64,000 nt of DNA from Candidatus Caldarchaeales archaeon (GTDB lineage Archaea > Thermoproteota > Nitrososphaeria_A > Caldarchaeales > Wolframiiraptoraceae): assembly GCA_039630055.1 (NCBI GenBank), contig JBCNVN010000002.1, forward strand, positions 1 through 64,000. The letters run 5' to 3'. The notes under the pieces were generated by a model. It searched no databases, was not told the origin of the DNA, and saw only the letters and a list, made by a program, of their open reading frames with translations. Below are positions 62,171 to 64,000 of this stretch, in pieces (within the stretch, counting starts at the first letter, position 1; the number at the start of each line of letters is the position of its first letter). Both the position numbers and the translations under genes were made by a program.

Positions 62171-62800
62171 ATGGTAGATGTTGAGATAGATAAAGACCTA
62201 GTGGAGGTCTTCCCCGAGATCTATCTCTCTACTAGGGAGGTTGAGACCGTCGTCAGACCGTCGATAGGGCTTGAAGATCAAGTCTCAAAAATAAGAGCAG
62301 GTATCCATTATAGTTTGGAGAGCTTAAAGGATAACCCTATCATCAGGGCTTTCAGAGATTTCTATTGGAGGATAGGGATAGATCCGACGAAGATTAGACC
62401 TGCAAGCGAGGCATTGGTTAGGAGGATCTTATCCGGCTCATCTTTACCGGCGATAAATAATGTTGTAGATGCTGGAAACCTAGCATCTGCTGAGACACTG
62501 ATACCTATAGGATTATATGATCTAGATAAGATAGTTGGGAGACTAGTTCTTAGATTCGCTAGAATTGGAGAAGAATTTACCGATATAACTGGAAAGGTGA
62601 AGAAGCTTGAAGGAAATACGATAGTTTTATCAGATGATCTGGGAATAGTCCATATATTTCCACATAGAGATAGTCTTAGAACGATGATAGGATGGGATAC
62701 GAGAAGAGTCTTGATAATAGGGTGTGGAGTGAAAAATATTCCGAGAGAATTGGTAGACAAGGCAGTCGATAGAGTCATAGACTATTTGAAGATCTTGTAA
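62171..62800 (+). CDS. Stand-alone B3/B4 domain (PheRS-beta editing-like) protein
   Basis: IRAFRDFYWRIGIDPTKIRPASEALVRR, INNVVDAGN, IGLYDLD, RDS. Confidence 0.9.
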   Translation: MVDVEIDKDLVEVFPEIYLSTREVETVVRPSIGLEDQVSKIRAGIHYSLESLKDNPIIRAFRDFYWRIGIDPTKIRPASEALVRRILSGSSLPAINNVVDAGNLASAETLIPIGLYDLDKIVGRLVLRFARIGEEFTDITGKVKKLEGNTIVLSDDLGIVHIFPHRDSLRTMIGWDTRRVLIIGCGVKNIPRELVDKAVDRVIDYLKIL

Positions 62801-62884
62801 TGTCAGCAAGAAGATAAACCTTAATATCTATTTATGAGATGAAATAACTTATTTTACTTCGTTTATTGATTATTATCAGGAAGG

Positions 62885-64000
62885 ATGATGGTCTTCAACC
62901 TGGAGGAGCACACTATATCAAGTAGAGAGATGATGATTGTCGATGAGAATTCTGAGTGGCTTGGCGTCCCTAGGATCCTTCTCATGGAGAATGCTGGCGC
63001 AGCTGTTGCTAGAGCGGCTCACTTCTGGATTGGAACATTGAGAGGAGTAGACGTAGTCGTATTCTGCGGTGTGGGGAATAATGGTGGAGATGGGATGGTT
63101 GCAGCTAGACACCTGGTCTCTATGGGTGCAAATGTAACCGTCATACTATTGGGTTCTATAGAGAAGGTTAGAACGTATGAGGCGAGATTAAACATGGATG
63201 CATTGAGATCTATGAAGGAGAGCATATCATTTATCGTTGTAGAGAATGTTGACGATCTATTGAGATTAAAACGATCCGTTGAGAAAGCTGAGGTCGTGGT
63301 GGATGCTATATTCGGGACAGGCATAAGAGGTAAGATAAAAGACCCTTGGAGGACTGCTATAGAGATGATAAATTCAACTAAAGCCTTCAAGCTCTCAGTC
63401 GATATTCCTTCTGGAATCAATCCAGACACGGGAGAAATAGAAGATATAGCCGTCAACGCGGACATGACTGTAACATTTCATAAAGTTAAGAGAGGAATCC
63501 CGGCCGCAGCAGAATACTGTGGAGAAGTTGTCGTCGAATCCATAGGTATACCACCTGAGGCTGAGATCGTGATGGGACCTGGAGACTTAAAAGATGTCTT
63601 GATGGATATTTCTCTGGAAACGAGAAAAGTTGCTTTAATAAATCCGAGAAGAGAGATTGTAGATATTCTAAGAAGGGTAAAGGTTGATTTTAAGATTGAT
63701 GATTACTCTGACTGTCCAATCGTATATATTGGTGAAGACGTCAAGGAATCGTATACACCTCCATCTAGAACTCTTATTGTTTCCGAAGGGTTAAGAAAGG
63801 GGTCTGATATCTCTCTAGTCAGGGATAGTAAACCTTCTAATAGAAAGGTCTTAGATCTATGCAAGGATGCTAGAGATCTTGTAGTAGAATCTGGTAAGAT
63901 CGTCTACATGGAATCAGATGTTGATATTGTCACTGATGGATCTAGATGTAAAGCTTCGTGGCGTTCTAGACCTTTGAAAGAGATTGGTTCAGCTACATTG
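62885..64000 (+). CDS. nnrE: NAD(P)H-hydrate epimerase (YjeF-N), runs off the window end
   Basis: LMENAG, GNNGGDG, VDAIFGTG, SVDIPSG, TVTFH, SIGIP; frame stays open to 64000. Confidence 0.9.
   Translation, partial: MMVFNLEEHTISSREMMIVDENSEWLGVPRILLMENAGAAVARAAHFWIGTLRGVDVVVFCGVGNNGGDGMVAARHLVSMGANVTVILLGSIEKVRTYEARLNMDALRSMKESISFIVVENVDDLLRLKRSVEKAEVVVDAIFGTGIRGKIKDPWRTAIEMINSTKAFKLSVDIPSGINPDTGEIEDIAVNADMTVTFHKVKRGIPAAAEYCGEVVVESIGIPPEAEIVMGPGDLKDVLMDISLETRKVALINPRREIVDILRRVKVDFKIDDYSDCPIVYIGEDVKESYTPPSRTLIVSEGLRKGSDISLVRDSKPSNRKVLDLCKDARDLVVESGKIVYMESDVDIVTDGSRCKASWRSRPLKEIGSATL

Noticed and set aside
18137-63465. Numerous antisense ORFs (e.g. 18137-18520, 22867-23274, 35499-35927, 42504-43016, 59092-59667, 63019-63465)
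   Set aside because: Ser/Ile/Leu/Pro-rich shadows of well-supported genes on the opposite strand.
1-64000. CRISPR array, tRNA/rRNA, IS/transposase, integrase, DGR reverse transcriptase
   Set aside because: No regularly spaced repeats, GC-rich structural RNA tracts or matching protein motifs seen. The tbp skew has no visible template repeat or RT, so a DGR is not supported.

Overview
AT-rich archaeal chromosomal window. The TBP, eS6/eS24/eS31, aIF5B, Kae1 and the thrC-moaD-moeB order point to a TACK lineage, plausibly Nitrososphaerota/Caldarchaeales (inference). 0-22 kb is an accessory, decaying region. It holds a TBP gene with an extreme strand-skewed codon tract, a cluster of intact and ruined HEPN-MNT toxin-antitoxin modules, and a nucleoside deaminase/hydrolase/ECF-transporter cassette lying between two halves of a broken DUF86 HEPN gene. 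It also holds a GH63-like hydrolase, a MenA-like prenyltransferase plus radical SAM/SPASM pair, and a stand-alone DCD-domain gene. 22-44 kb is mostly housekeeping: lysC/hom, uppP, Liv-type ABC transporter, stomatin-NfeD, ribosomal proteins, infB, moaA, kae1. 44-58 kb is a sulfur/metal cofactor neighbourhood: SufS, IscS/IscU, two TusA-like carriers, YHS proteins, a frameshifted sulfite reductase, CysK/M-like, ThrC, MoaD/SAMP, MoeB/UbaA and a tungsten-type AOR. 58-60 kb carries an SPPY-type DNA methyltransferase coupled to an uncharacterised partner. Three unrelated genes are frameshifted by short local duplications (7 and 11 bp), and hom and thrC appear to lack canonical start codons. I saw no tRNA, rRNA, CRISPR array, transposase or integrase. 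All family calls come from motif recognition by eye, not database searches.
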